DNA of 64,000 nucleotides from NCBI RefSeq assembly GCF_037042905.1, contig NC_087263.1, forward strand, positions 12,278,001 through 12,342,000. The letters run 5' to 3'. A program made the position numbers and the translations under genes. Positions 25,252 to 38,830 of the stretch are shown here, piece after piece. The DNA comes from Lytechinus pictus (Eukaryota). The notes beneath the pieces are model-generated. The model did no database searches. It saw nothing but the letters and a program-made list of their open reading frames with translations, and was not told where the DNA came from. Each line of letters begins with the position of its first letter. Positions within the stretch are counted from its first letter, which is position 1.

Positions 25252-25764
25252 GGGCCCGTTTTACATACACTGCAAAAATCCGGTGTTGATTTAACACCAG
25301 CCCGGATTATGTCCACACCAGAGAAGTATTGACACTACACCAGTTTGGAATCAAACCGATGCTGTTTTAATACTAATTGGCGTTGTATAAACACCTATCT
25401 GGTGTTAGACCAAAACGAAACTGGTGTTGTTTAACACTTCTCTGGTGTTGACATATATAGATTCCGGGCTGGTGTTAAATCAACACCATAGTTTTTGCAG
25501 TGTAGAGTTGCGATTGATCCGATCAATCGCAACCATATAGAAAGCTAGCAAAGTCAACATATAAAATACATGTTTGTTTAAAAAAAAAATCTAGATATGA
25601 ATGTATATCCATAAATTCATTGATTTCTTGACAATTTGGTGTGTTCTCCTTTGTTTACAAAGGACATTTTGCAAATTTCCTGTATAAAAAAATTATGACA
25701 CTGATTGATTTCCATAAAGTTACGATTGATTGGATCAATCGTAACTCTTTGTAAGATGGGATCC
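25252..25764. mobile_element. Harbinger-like MITE hosting a nested CACTG MITE
   Basis: GGGCCCGTTTTACA ... CTCTTTGTAAGATGGG, homologous to 43337-43605; split by an insertion inside its left TIR. Confidence 0.8.
25268..25502. mobile_element. Palindromic CACTG (EnSpm/CMC-like) MITE, TA TSD
   Basis: TA|CACTGCAAAAATCCGGTGTTGATTTAACACCAGCCCGG ... CCGGGCTGGTGTTAAATCAACACCATAGTTTTTGCAGTG|TA. Confidence 0.9.
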
Positions 25765-26400
25765 CGTTTTATAAAGACTTGTTAATACGCAATTTACTAT
25801 CATCCAATCAACAACAACAGCAATAATAATGATAATTTAAATTTAAAAAATGATTTAAAACAGCGATGTACAACCTTTTCAAAAGTAAATACTATGGATT
25901 GAAGATTGGTATGTAAATCTTAAACAATTTAAACACTACCTGAAACAGTTAGGTATCCAGTTTGTATGAAGCGTTTTTACTGCATGTATGTATTCGATGT
26001 TCAATTACAATTTGATTGAAATAGGGGGAAAAGGTGCACATTTATTTTATGAAATCATCTCATTGTGGTAGTGATTGCACTAGGTCTACTAATTGAAAAT
26101 GGGACTTTTGGAAAATGATGGAGTAAATGCAGGCATGTTACTGCAGACATCATTATGCGTAGTCGAAATCTACAAACAGCCTTGCTGTTGCGCGCATATC
26201 TTAATGAAGTAGGTTCTGTTTGGAGTACCAATCGAGTCATTTTATGGATCCTTTTTTGTTGACTTAATGACTCCTCTATTTACACACCATTCTATCTGTT
26301 TTGTTTTCAATTTGAGATGAATTCGACTGGTTGTCAAGCGGGCAACAGTGTCTTAATTTGGGAAGGGAATCATTGTCTATAGAGTCCTTAATATCATTAA

Positions 26401-26881
26401 AGGGGAAGTTCCCGCTGACGAAAATTTTGTTATAATACAAGCAGACAATTAGAGAAGGATGTTGGCGAAGATTTTATCAAAAAATCCGTCAAAGTATAAA
26501 TTATATATGTTTTTAGTTTTAATTTTTGACGTCACCAGCTATCAGAACCCCCATAATCATCTCATATAAATTCCATGAATGCCAATTTTTAATGGAATGT
26601 AATATGACGAATAATATTTTCATATGGGGACGGCGGGGGGGGGGGGGATATGAAATAGCGTGTCTGATGATATATCCAGCGCGCATAATAATGAATTTCT
26701 TATTTTGAAAAAAATCACATTCCGAATAATTATGGAGGTGCTCAGCTCGTCTGTGACGATTATAACTTTAAAATTAACAACTCCGATATTCATTGAGGGA
26801 TTTTCATCAAATCTTCTCCAATATTTTTCTCGATATTTTTTTTAAAATCCTTAACGTCTGATCGTCTGTGTGATCTTCCCC
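26401..26881. mobile_element. Degenerate Kolobok/T2-type MITE
   Basis: TTAA|AGGGGAAG ... CTTCCCC|TTAA. Confidence 0.65.
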
Positions 26882-28722
26882 TTAATATGCAAACACAAAT
26901 GCAATGGCTGATCTAGGATGCAAAGGGTGCAGCATGTAACCCCCTCCCCCTCCTCCACATTTTTCTTTCCATAATTATTTTGGATGGGGAAGTGCCCCCC
27001 GTATTAATAGTTGTGACATTTGACCTCCTTTTTTTAAAGGTCGTTTGTTTGCCCCCTTTAACAATGGTTCTACCCCTGGTTCTGTGTTATACATAATGGT
27101 TTTTGTGCTAATAAAGCAAAACCAAGAATTTGCAGCGGTTCATTTATTTATTCACCTTTCCGTTGGGGGAGATTTCGGCCTTTAAGGAAGGGATATAAAA
27201 GCAGAACTAGTTCCATTGCATTGGCAGATGCCTGGTCTGTTTCTTCGTTTATATCACGTGTATGCCAGTGTCTTGGGGGAAGCAAATGAAACATTTTGGA
27301 ACTTGAGGAATGCCGTCAAAATATATCTTTTACATCTGAAAACTAAACCTGGGTATTTTTTTTTTAAATAAGGGGTTGGACATTGTTTGTTATTTACTAT
27401 TTGGGAAGCATCGCGTAACACAGTTTGGAAGTACGGTACCTCATTTCCAAACCATCTTAATTTTTCTCTTACGCCAAAATATACATGTAAATATGATATA
27501 TATATATATATATATATAGTGTAAACAATGTGAACGTGGTTTCACATTTTTATACAACAATGTTTACTATATGAACATTACAGTATTTCTTCGTACAGTT
27601 TTAAACAAGTGTTTGAAACCTTAAACAACAAAGTTTCATTTTTCACATTTAATTCTCAATGAATTAAGCATCGTTATCTAAACTGTTAAACATCTATTGT
27701 AAAGTTCATAACAAGTAAACAGCGTTGAATAACATTGTAAACTGTGTTTTTACTGTGAAGTTAAATCGCGTATACTATAGGGACTGTCGACCTCTGTTTT
27801 TATGTCAGTAAAATCCGAGATATACTAAAACTGTTTGGAAATTCTGAAGAATTTTAGAAAAGAAATTGAGAAAATTCATGTCCCCACTTTCATGAAAACC
27901 CTGGATTCGCCGCTGACAAAGTGTGAATGCAATTTTGTTTTGGTATGAGGTAAACAGACTCCGACACTGTGTATCCCATTATGTCACAGTCACACTCACG
28001 CAACCCCGACTACACACCGATCAAAACCATTACGTTATCTTCAATGACATCCCATCGGTTGGTTTGGAAACGACTGCCTGTGTGACTGACCCTGTTCTTC
28101 TAATACAGTGGTTAAACAAAACCAGGTTTCACAAGGCAGTCTTAAAGGAGATAACCTCGCATAATATAAATGGCAACAGTCTGCCATGAGTGATTTGAGA
28201 AAAATGCTGAAATGCTATTAAAATAGAATGAAATATAAGATGAATTTGAGGTGATCCTATGTACAAAATAAAACACTGCTTTAATTATTATTAACAATCT
28301 ACCACAAAGTATAAAACAAGCAGATTCAACAGAGAAATGCAAATCCATGTTAAAAACCTACTTTTTTGTTAAATCGCATTTCCCTTCGTGAAGCCCCTCA
28401 ACTGTCTACAGTCTACTGTGAACTATACAATTAATTTAGTTTTTTTGCTGAAATTCCTTCTCTCTTTCTATTTTTTTCCCTAAGCGCTTTAGAGACATGT
28501 TTTGTGATAAGCGCTATACAAATAATATTAATTATTATTTATACTGATTTCTGGATGTGGGGGGGGGGGGGGGGGGGGTGAGGGCATTGTATTATTTTCT
28601 CTCTCTCTGATTAGACCATGTACAATGAAACATGGTTTCTCTGGCTGGATTGGACTTTACATCAATTTTCTCGTTTATGTTTCCATGACCCGTCGTAAAA
28701 ACAGATATTTCTTGTAAACATA

Positions 28723-28922
28723 CACTCTAAAAACACTGAGTAAAATTCTACCCAATATTGAGTAAAAAGGGAACATGCATGTTTGCTGGGTATTTTTTCA
28801 CCCCATATTGGGCTATTTCAACACAACATTGCGTAAAATTTACCAAATATTGGGTATCTTTTTACCCAACCAGCATGCATGTTCCCAATTAACCCAATAT
28901 TGTGTAAACCTTTTTTAGAGTG
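28723..28922. mobile_element. Palindromic CACTCT MITE, TA TSD
   Basis: TA|CACTCTAAAAA ... TTTTTTAGAGTG|TA with internal inverted CCCAATATTG/GGGAACATGCATG blocks. Confidence 0.85.
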
Positions 28923-29230
28923 TATGTAGTTTATTCAGTCTCCGAATCTCTCTGGCTCTATTTCCCATCATGCCTTGCGAGGATCAAGGGCTCCCAAGAT
29001 GAAAGTGCTTGACCCCTTATTTCCAATCTCAATGGCCCTTGCGGGGGTTTGAAACAAAATATGAATCGAGATAGTTTGGTTGACAGGTAAATGCAATGTG
29101 ATGAAGTGTGTTTTGGGATGGAGTTGGGGAGGGGAGAGAGGGGCAAGGGGATTGTGAAGGGAGGAAGCAGAGAGGGAAGGGGAGGGAAATGACGGGAAGT
29201 TGGGAGGGAGGGGGATAGGGAGGGGGATAC

Positions 29231-29530
29231 GGAGCGTTGTGGCCCAGTGGATTAGTCTTCCGACTTTGAATCAGAGGGTCGTGGCGACTCGTGGGTTCGA
29301 ATCCCAGCCATGGCGTAATTTCCTTCAGCAATAATTTTATCCACATTGTGCTGCACTCAACCCAGGCGAGGTGAATGGGTACCCGGCAGGATTAATTCGT
29401 TGAATGCACTGAGCGCTGAAAGGCAGCTCGAGCTAAAGCCAGGGTAATAATAATGATAATAAATGCGCCTCGGAATAGAATATTTCTAGATATATGGCGC
29501 TATATAAATACCTGTTATTATTATAATTAT
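29231..29530 (+). mobile_element. tRNA-derived SINE, family A, full length
   Basis: TGGCCCAGTGG A box, GGTTCGAATCCC B box, core TTGTGCTGCACTCAACCCAGGCGAGGTGAATGGGTACCCGG, tail GGCGCTATATAAATA..TTATTATTA. Confidence 0.92.
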
Positions 29531-30051
29531 CATGGTTTAGCGAGGGGTGAGAAAGGGAGGAAGGGGATAGGGAGGGAGGGAGAGGGTCGCGGGGGGGGGG
29601 GGGTGATATGGATGGGGAATAGGTGAGAGGGGGAGGGAGGAGAGGTAGAAGGGGGAGGGGGGGGATGAAAGAAAAGGAGATGAACGGGTCACATTAGAAA
29701 TAGAATAGCGATTTTTTTTCCCACCAGTTGATACGCGATTTATTATCATAGGATATTAAACGAAATAAAACACGAAAATATGCCTTTGCATCTCGAGCAT
29801 TGTCGAGTTAAAAGCCCGAAATAATAGAAAAGGGATATAATTTCTTTTTTCTTATACTTTGCTTCAATGGAATCATTTCCCTTAAAGCACTGCTTGCGAT
29901 CTAAAATGAGAATACATTTGATAAATGGTAGGCCTATAGCCCTATACACTCATTTAGGCAGTTAAATGCAAAGAAATCAGATCGGGAAGACGTACATGTA
30001 TATAGCAATCGAGACGAGCTTTAAAACCGTATGTCTCATACTCGTCAAGAC

Positions 30052-30270
30052 CGCAGCCACACCATTGAAACCGACTCCAAACCGACCGATGGTATGGCAT
30101 TGGAAATAACGTAATAGATTTGATCGGTCTAGAGTCGGTTTCTGTATGTGACTGCAGCACACAGCCGGTCACACCAGCATAACCGACTCCAAACCGACCG
30201 ATGGTATGTCAATGATAATAACGTTATAGCTTTGATCGGTCTGGAGTCGGTTTCGTGGGTGTGACTATAG
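30052..30270. mobile_element. Dimer of ~100-bp CAGTCACAC...GTGTGACTG hairpin MITE
   Basis: Two head-to-tail units, each AACCGACTCCAAACCGA...TCGGTCTGGAGTCGGTT. The same dimer is inverted at 42018-42240. Confidence 0.85.
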
Positions 30271-30790
30271 CATCGGGCAAGGGACTGTTGTTATGTTGAG
30301 TATTGTTGACATTTCATCCAGCATGGAACCACATACCATCCCCTCCCTCCCGATCAAGTATAACGATTAGTATCGGTGTATCGGTTATCATGTTGTGAGT
30401 GTGTGAACAGGGGGGCGTACTCAGTGCGTGGGAAATGGAGACAAAAAAGGGTTGCATTTTTGTTCCTTGTTCGGGGAGAGGGATGCAGGGGGGGGGGGGA
30501 TGGTTGGCTGCGTTTGTCGCACTTTTGAGGATTTTTTTTTTCAGGAATGTGTGCCCCTTTTTGGTAAAATTATTGATGTCTCCCTCTGCACCCTCTCTCT
30601 CCCTCCCCTCTCTCTATTATCTACATATCTACTCTTTCTCTCTCTCTTCCTCTCTTTCCCTCTCTCATCTACCCTCTATCTGTCTATCTTACCCCTCTCC
30701 CGTCTCCTTGTCTTTGTCATTCTGTCTGTTTGTCCCAACCAGGCCCTTCTCTCAGTCCCGGCTTTCTATCCCTTCTCTCCCAAACCCCCT

Positions 30791-31103
30791 GGCCCGGATT
30801 CTGAACTCAGGTTTAAATTAAACCCTGGTTTAAAGTTGTGGTTTAACTATGGAGAGCCAATTGGAGCACAAATCCCTAACACAACACATTCAATTAATTA
30901 ACTCGTATGACACCCAAATTGTTCATAATTGTCTGGGAATTATAACTTAAGTATTTTTCTTCATTATGAAAGCCAAAGGAAACAAAATAGTAAACATAAG
31001 AAATATACAATATAAACAGAATTTTTGAATTTTTGGCTCCCCATATTATTAGCACAGAGTTAGACCGTGGTCTAAGTTAAACCTGACTTCAGAACACGGG
31101 CCC
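30791..31103. mobile_element. Harbinger-like MITE
   Basis: GGCCCGGATTCTGAACTCAGGTTTAA ... TTAAACCTGACTTCAGAACACGGGCC with CTG at both junctions. Confidence 0.75.
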
Positions 31104-31191
31104 CTGTATTCTCTCCTCCGTCACTCTCTTTGAAAGCTCATTTCCCTTACGAACACTCTACATAATAATAATAATAATAATAGTGATAATA

Positions 31192-31226
<35 letters not shown>

Positions 31227-31261
31227 AATAATAATAATAATGATAATAATAGTGATAATAA

Positions 31262-32028
31262 TGAAAATAATAATAATAATAATGATATGCATTTATGTAG
31301 CGCCACCTATCTAGAAATAATCTATTCCGAGGGTGCCATGAGCCTAATTACATCAGGAGGGCTAAAGATATTCGTTCGACCCAACCCATTCGAATTTTTT
31401 AGATTTGATATTGCTGATTGACAAAAGTGTATGAATATGATTCAAAATCTAACACTGATTCTAGAAATGGTAACTACTGAACTTCCTTTGCCCAAATTGG
31501 GAAGATATATCAATGATTTGGAACTATTTTTTGACTGGCGGAAGAATTGGGGCTATTTTACTGTTTCAGTTGATGAATTTGATCCCATCATAGTAATCTT
31601 CATAAATGGCGATTTATTTTTAAAATGAGCTGGTTACGATACCCTTCTCTGGTCAGATATGGAATGTCAGATATATATCCTATCCAAAGGTAGTAAACAT
31701 TCGACCCTCTAATTTCACATTTATTTTTTATGAATTTTTCTTAAGTGCCATTTTAACACACAAGTCTATGGGGAATGTTTTACGCGCGTGAGACCCGAGG
31801 CGCATTGTTATTATTATTATTACCCCGGCTTATTAAAGTTCGAACTGCCTTTCAGCGCATTCAAGGAATTAATCCTGCCAGGTACCCATTCACCTCACCT
31901 GGGTTGAGTGCAGCACAATGTGGATAAATATCTTGATGAAGGAAAACACACCATGGCCGGGATTCAAACCCACGTCCCTCTGATTGAAAGACAAGAGTCG
32001 TAACCACGATACAGACCACGACGCCCCC
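31262..32028 (-). mobile_element. SINE family A split by a 462-bp insertion
   Basis: Head and core at 31801-32028, tail at 31262-31332; compared against the intact copy at 29231-29530. Confidence 0.85.
31333..31794. repeat. Unclassified dispersed repeat fragment flanked by CCGAGG direct repeats
   Basis: Colinear with about 49357-49812 (GTGCCATGAGCCTAATTACA...CCTTTGCCCAAATT...CTGGCGGAAGAATT...CTGGTCAGATATGGAATGTC...TGTTTTACGCGC). Confidence 0.8.
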
Positions 32029-32295
32029 ACAATTAATCGAGATCACGCCTCTCCCATTCTGCATTCTATCACATTTTGTCAGTCGTGAAATTTCATTTAA
32101 CCCGATCGGACATTAAAAATTGAAATGCTGAAAGACGATACTGAGAACAAAATAAAACCCCATGCGTGCTATTTGCTGAACAAAGGCGCAAACGTCATTG
32201 CTAACGTCATTAATTCACCACACCATTGTGTGTGTGTGGTGTCGTGTGGGAAATGGTCGTGATAGTCTATGCGAAACAAGCGGCATATATTTTAA

Positions 32296-32851
32296 AGGGA
32301 AAGCCCACCCCAACAAAATTTGATTTTAAATAAAACACAAATCAAACGATAATTAAGCTGAAAATTTCATGGAAATCGGGTCTAATTCTACGAAGTTATA
32401 ACATACGCCCTTTTTTCTTCACAAAAACAGTATATATGCGCAGCTCAGTGAAATGCGAATATAAAAAGAGTCGATGGTTTCATTAACTCACTATTTCTTT
32501 TGTATTTCAAAGTATGTATAATTCATGCAATATTTCATTTTTTTAAATATACAGATTGAGTAATAGAGAGACCCTTCATTAGTGCTATACGTTACAACAA
32601 TTGCATTTCCACACGTTCGCGGACGAATCAAGCCTTAATTGGTTCACATTATAATGAGGTGAAAAATTGAAATATTTCATAATGAAATACAAATAAGTGG
32701 GTGACGTAAACGGATCTCTCATTTACATATATGGCTTTATTGTGAAATTAAGTGAAAATGTAAAAGTTTAAAGTTTAAACATTAATTTTTTTACTCTATT
32801 GTACTTTTTTATTTTTATTCAAATCAACTTTTTGTTGAGCAAAGTTCCTAT
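32296..32851. mobile_element. Degenerate Kolobok/T2-type MITE related to 564-1146
   Basis: TTAAAGGGAAAGCCCACCCCAACAAAA start; shared internal CACTATTTCTTTTGTATTT; AAATCAACTTTTTGTTG near the right end. Confidence 0.7.
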
Positions 32852-34638
32852 TTAAGTGATGATTAGGGTCTGTGCCTGCAGACTTATTCAATTCAATTCT
32901 ATTTAATTATTGTGAGAAATGTCCGGAGACCCATCATAATTTACAAAGTAAAAGCATGTACATAATTGGATTTTGAATACACAGCAGTGTATGACAGTGC
33001 TAGACTATACAATATCAAAGACTTTTAAGGTTTTATAGAAGTGAATTCTATTCATTGCAGCAATATACATTTTAAAGATTACATTATATCAAACTGATAC
33101 CTCATTCATTCATTCAGTTTATTTGATTCCGTTTGCTTAGCTGTAAATTAGCTGTAACTTTTGTTATGCTGTACTTTGTAATTTGCTCAGGTTGCGGAGT
33201 CATTGAAATGTTATTTCCTGTGATTTTGACTATGGTTATTCACAGATGCAATTTCGTGGTATGTTATTTTCTGTGATGTCATCTGAATTCGTGTATATTC
33301 AGCTGCAATTTATTTGTTATGTTACTTTCTGTCATATCTTTTTTTCTATTTCAGATTATGTATTATGTATTTGAACTGCATGTACAATAAAGACTTCTCC
33401 AACCCCACCCCTACAAAAAAGATGCTCCTATATGACATCAAATTGATAAAACGCAGGGTCTATTAAGTAAAGTCAGACAAACAAACACTGGAAATATCAT
33501 CAAAGTCATAAAAGTTAGGAATTTTGAAGTTTCGCATTATTTCCTTTTTATCATTCATAAACAATTCTAGTGACATCATGAAGACATAGCTTCCTATAAT
33601 TGCACAGCGCTTCTGACGTCATAGAGTATCTGTCATTCAAAGATATGTGAATGGATCTATTGGAGTAATGGCATGATGAATAAACAATAGACCTGGTTGA
33701 TCTATTTTTGGTTTTTCTGCTGGGTTTATTGTAGTCTTCGCCATCGGGCCTGGTAAATGTATTCAACAAGTCTATGCAATATTCATTCTATTGGCAATCA
33801 AGATTCATCATATCACTTTTGATCTTAAAAAAAGGTACCTACCTTCACAAGCCATATTATGTTGTCCTATTTACACGAATCGCTGATTTTTGGTACAATG
33901 AACTTTCTTGTTGTAGCGTTTTGTTGGGAATCGTTCAAGTGTGGCCGTAATTTTACAGTGACAAAATATTATTCTTGACATGCACCCATGGAATTCGGTG
34001 AAATTTGTTCGCTTGCCAAACATCGTAAAATTGACAATATCTTCAGAAATATAAATACTATTATGACGAATTTGGTATCAAATGAAAGAGCGCATTAAAC
34101 TCTTTCAGATGATTGGTATGCCGTTGGGATTAAAGTATATTTTAGATGGAACTTTCTTTGAAGAAAAAAGTAATATTTGTGCCAAATGTATTCTATTGTT
34201 TGTTATTATATTTTCAAACATCGTTTCATAGAAATCTATAAATGTCAGATCTATGGTTTATATTACATTTTATATCATGATATGTCACCGCTGAACAAAA
34301 AAGTGTAATCTGAAATGTTTGTATTGAGAAGTAACGAGCACAAATATGAAATGCTTTTGTCAAGTTTTTTATTGTTAATTTGTCTAAAATATGAAGATTT
34401 TGGGGGAAAAAATGACACCTAAATATTGTTCAGCTCTCGATGACAAAGCAATATGATGAAGGGGCATGGCATACTCATTTGTTTGCTATCAAATTCGTCA
34501 TGATAGCACAAATATTTTATAAGATACAGTAAAATTTTATGATGTCTGCCAAGTGTCAACTTTTCTTTGAATTTCCTGGGTGTATATATATATATATTTT
34601 TAGTGGCGATTGACAAGGTCACCTCAGTGAATAGAGCT

Positions 34639-34797
34639 CAGGGGCCGCGGAACGGTTGACAAAGTGGGGGGGGGGGGGGCAGACCATGCTAAAAATCACA
34701 ATCATATGGTCAATTTTACGTTTTTGTACACGGTTTTGGAAAAAGTGGGGGGGGGGGGGGGCTGAAGCCCCCCAGCCCCCCGGTTCCCCGGCCCCTG
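34639..34797. mobile_element. CAGGGGCCGCGGAAC MITE with perfect 5-bp TSD GAGCT
   Basis: GAGCT|CAGGGGCCGCGG ... CCGGCCCCTG|GAGCT; inverted copy of 21811-21965. Confidence 0.9.
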
Positions 34798-35213
34798 GAG
34801 CTAGAGATAAAAACATAAGCATGTACATTCATATATCATTTAAAAGCACCCTCTTTTTCCCCTTTAAAATCCTTCACATCTATATTTTTGTGTGATGATT
34901 ATGATTGGTAATAATAATTACGCTATCACCAATCTGTTACTATTTGTTCACTAACAATTCAATAGCATGACCTTCATGCCAATGTCCCTGGAACAGATGT
35001 GCATTATACTCCAAAGTGCATTTTGAAGGAGAAGTCCACCATCCCTTGAAGCTTTAGCTTGGTATGAAAAAAGCAGAAAAAGAAAAGAAAAATTTTCGTA
35101 AAGATTTGGCGAATGTTCATCGAAGATCATCTGCATGAGTGATGGATTTTGATAAAGATAATACTTTTGTGACGTCACTTGCGAGTGGATTCCCCATTGG
35201 CCATGTAATAGTT

Positions 35214-35488
35214 GGTGCGTCGTGGTCTTGTGGTTCTGACTCTCGCCTTTAAAATAGAGGGTCGTTGGTTCGAATCCTAGCCATGGCGTGTTTTCCTTCA
35301 GCAAGAAATTTATTCACACTGTGCTGCACTCGACCCAGGTGGGGTAAATGGGTCCCGGCAGGAAGTAATTCCTGAAAAAGCTGTGCGCACCAGAATCGGT
35401 AGACCAGCATAGCCGGGGTAATATAGGAGCGCCTTGAGCACCTAGCAAGGTGGATACGTGCGCTGTACAAATCCCATATTATTTATTT
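35214..35488 (+). mobile_element. tRNA-derived SINE, family A variant with a different tail
   Basis: GGTTCGAATCCTAGCCATGGCGTGTTTTCCTTCAGCAAG head and shared core; tail GCGCCTTGAGCACC...GCGCTGTACAAAT..TATTATT. Confidence 0.88.
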
Positions 35489-35540
35489 AATATTAATTCA
35501 ATAACATGCAATATTCTCGGAAAATTGAGAATGATTTTAC

Positions 35541-35788
35541 GGTAACACGGCATTTGCTCGTGTGACAATTGCTCCGGGCTTAATTTCGTCCAAGATGTAG
35601 GGTTCAGGTTGCAATAGGGTTTTATGTTTTTTTTTTTTTTATATGTATGAAATAGGGTTTTATGTTAGGTTTAGGGTTATAGCTTTAGGTAGGATATATA
35701 GTGTTAAACCCAGGGTTGAGGTTGGCTATTCGATTAGTGTGTGGAATTTACAGCAGAGCAATTGTCGTCGGAGCAAATGTCATGGAAC
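35541..35788. mobile_element. GACATTTGCTCC-type MITE, inverted relative to 7383-7639
   Basis: GGTAACACGGCATTTGCTC ... GGAGCAAATGTCATGGAAC with a TAGGGTT-rich interior. Confidence 0.75.
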
Positions 35789-36976
35789 TGATTTTCTTGC
35801 ATTCATTATATTGTGAATTGCATAATTTCATACTCGGTTCTCAAACAATAATTTTCGATCATAGTGAACTATTAAGAAATGACAAGGGAATTTATATCGC
35901 ATGACGTATCGAGCTGTTGCGCGCATACAATAATCCCAAATTAAAATATAAAAAAAGTAATAACTTCCATATCGTAATCACCACTTTTTGTGGATTTGTA
36001 TTTGTTGCTTTATCACACGAGTAAAATGGACATGACCTCATTTTATTTTCTGGAAATGATTCAGATTTGATGATGGTATAACTTCATCCAATATCAGTTT
36101 GTAATTCTCTTCTAATAATAATAATGATAATCCGCTTTTATATAGCGCTTAATACATCGGAACGACGTGTCTAAGCGCTTTAGAGATTTATTATTACCCC
36201 GGTCATCGGATACAATCAGTCATTCCCGCACACAATGTGTGCACATCCTCCACTCCCTGGGGATTATTCTGCTTTGCTTGTTTCGTTTGACTGTTTTGAT
36301 TCTAATTAACTTGATACCGGGGTGGAATGTGTCTCTTTAAGAGAGCATTTGAGTCTAATATGTACTACCACCACATAAGTAAGCAAGCCGTATCGGCCTA
36401 GGGTAACATCATACAAGAGAGAAACAGGGCAATACAATTTTCAGCAATTTCCAATTTAGATCTCAATAATTGATGTATTGACGTGATGATTTCCGGCGAA
36501 AACCTCACTTAATGGGTTAATTAGGGGTGTTTCAATGCATAATTGTGTGTATCAAATCAATCTTTTATGACTTTCTCTCTAACAGAGTCGGAGGCTTTGA
36601 TAAATGCTAGCTGCATGAGCAATTAGAACTTGGAAGATTATTCCTGTATCATGATTTGTATTCAGTATCTGAAAGTGAAAGTATGGTTTATAAGCGGATC
36701 CCAATAATCTGATTGGTTGCGCGCACGCACGTGACCGGTCATTAATTTCGCCTATCGCATAGGATTGACTAATGACCGGTAATGAGCGGTCATGAGAAAA
36801 GTATAATGACCAGCCATGGTTTTGAGATGAGAAAGTATTGTCAAATAACAGGGATCCGCATCACTGTCGTATATAAAACGTATAAGACACATAATATTGC
36901 TCGGGTAAGAAAATAATTACCCGCCCTTATTACCTTTGAAACATATTAGAACTGTTCAAAAGGTGCATGTGCAATT

Positions 36977-38141
36977 TTTTTTATTTTATTTTTTTATATG
37001 TTTTATTGATTTTCAAAGGTTTACAATCATCGAATCAATATACATGTAACAAAAGAAAAAATAAGCAGCAAAAATAAAAATTAATAACAATAATAAGAAT
37101 AATAATAAAACATATAAAACACCAAAACATAAATAATGCAGCATAAGATACCAAATAAGCATTACACACAATATATATATATGTACAATAAAAATATACA
37201 GTACATGTATAAGAGAATAATAATGCATTGAATAGCATTTAATAAACTTTGTTTGGACATACATGAAAACAATTCCACTTAAAAAGCAAAACCCAAAGAA
37301 AAGACAATCATTAAAAAAAAAGAAGAAGACATAAATACTCCCATAAACATGATAAAGTAAATTTATATGAAGATGGAAATGTACACATGATACATGTATA
37401 AATTTCATGTGCTAAATAGCAATATCAGTGTTCATATGTCAAATCTCCATTTCTGAAAATGCATGGTAAGTTTATTATTTTTTTTGGCAATACCATATTC
37501 AAGTTTTTTATTAACAGCAATAAAGGCTTTATAACCCTCAAAACTTAGTGGCTTATTTTGAAATTTGCATAAATGAATATAATATTTAAGTAAGAGAAAC
37601 AAAAAAGTTAGGAATTTGTCAGACTCAAAACCAAACATTTTTTTCAAATATAGAGACAGTTTGTAGTTTATCAATTTTCTTAGCAATAGCCTTAATTACT
37701 TCAACCCAAATGGGTTTAACAACAGGGCACTCTATAATCAGATGGACATACGTTTCAGGGGCAGCTTTACAAAGAGAACAGTTAGGGGAGTCTTTTCTTT
37801 TAATTTTATACAAAAAATCATTTAAACCTATTGCTCTGTAAAATAACTTAAAATAAAAAGAACGAATGCGCATACTAATAGTATATTTGAAATTATTTAG
37901 ATGAATTTTTCCCAACCGACCTGACCAGTATCATCAAGGTCTTTCCAAAAAGTCATCAGACATAGTTCTGATATAACTCTATATGCAAATTTGGGGACCT
38001 TGTGAGTTTTCAATAGTTGGTTTCTTATTTTGTCAAATATCATATCTGTGGTCAGGTCGGATGTGACCAACCAATCAGATGGTATATTTTTCAATAGAAA
38101 ATTGTATTTCCTCCTATCCTGTTTTCTGATATCATAATCTA
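36977..38141 (-). mobile_element. 5'-truncated L1/Tx1-clade LINE with 13-bp TSD
   Basis: Frameshifted ORF2 end with zinc-knuckle motif (RSFYFKLFYRAIGLNDFLYKIKRKDSPNCSLCKAAPETYVHLIIECPVVKPIW); A-rich tail at about 36977-37005; TGCATGTGCAATT at 36964-36976 and 38142-38154. Confidence 0.92.
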
Positions 38142-38177
38142 TGCATGTGCAATTCTTACTAATGTTCCCTATGATGC

Positions 38178-38450
38178 GGAACTTGGTGGTACAGTGGTTA
38201 AGACTTCCGCCTTGTAATCAGAGGGTCATGTGTTCGAATGCGACCACGGCCTATAGCGTCCTTTGGCAAGGCTTCAAACCTCTATTTGCCATTTGCCACC
38301 CTGGTGTTAAATGGTTACCCGGTAGAATGCGATAACCTACGTTACAGAAAGGGCATACATTGTGCGCGGGCATGCAAGGATCTGATGACCGGGGTATAAT
38401 TACAATGTATAGCGCTTAGAAACACACTTAAGCGTTGTATGAAATTTTTA
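38178..38450 (+). mobile_element. tRNA-derived SINE, family C
   Basis: TGGTACAGTGGTTAAG A box, GTTCGAATG B box, GTCCTTTGGCAAGGC core, TGACCGGGGTA..AGCGCTTAG tail. Related to 44741-45003 and the minus-strand tail at 36115-36270. Confidence 0.8.
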
Positions 38451-38830
38451 TAATATATTATCAATATAATTAAAATATTGCGTAGATATCAGCACCCCTT
38501 CTGTGCTTCAACATTTAGACATCAAACCTATATTATGTACTTGGGATGCAAAAATATTTCAATTTGAGATGAGTTGCAATACCTCAAAGTGCTGTTTAAG
38601 TCTTGACATTTTGAACCGACTTAAGAAGGAGGACGTTAATGGCCCGCGCATGCGGCAAATCCCTGGGATTAACATGTTTTCCTTTCGGAAATTTACTCTG
38701 CATCTAGGCATATTCTTCTTTAGGTATCTTGACTGTCATTTCACCGATTTTAACTTTTGGAGGAGAGCGGGTGATTCGGAATATCATGCAAATCTTTTTT
38801 TCGCCAGATACCCAGATTATCAGTACTTAA

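Noticed and set aside
29231..29312. tRNA-like sequences here and at 4085-4157, 5920, 35214, 38178 and 44741
   Set aside because: Each continues into a shared SINE core and tail and has a disrupted cloverleaf; these are SINE heads, not tRNA genes.
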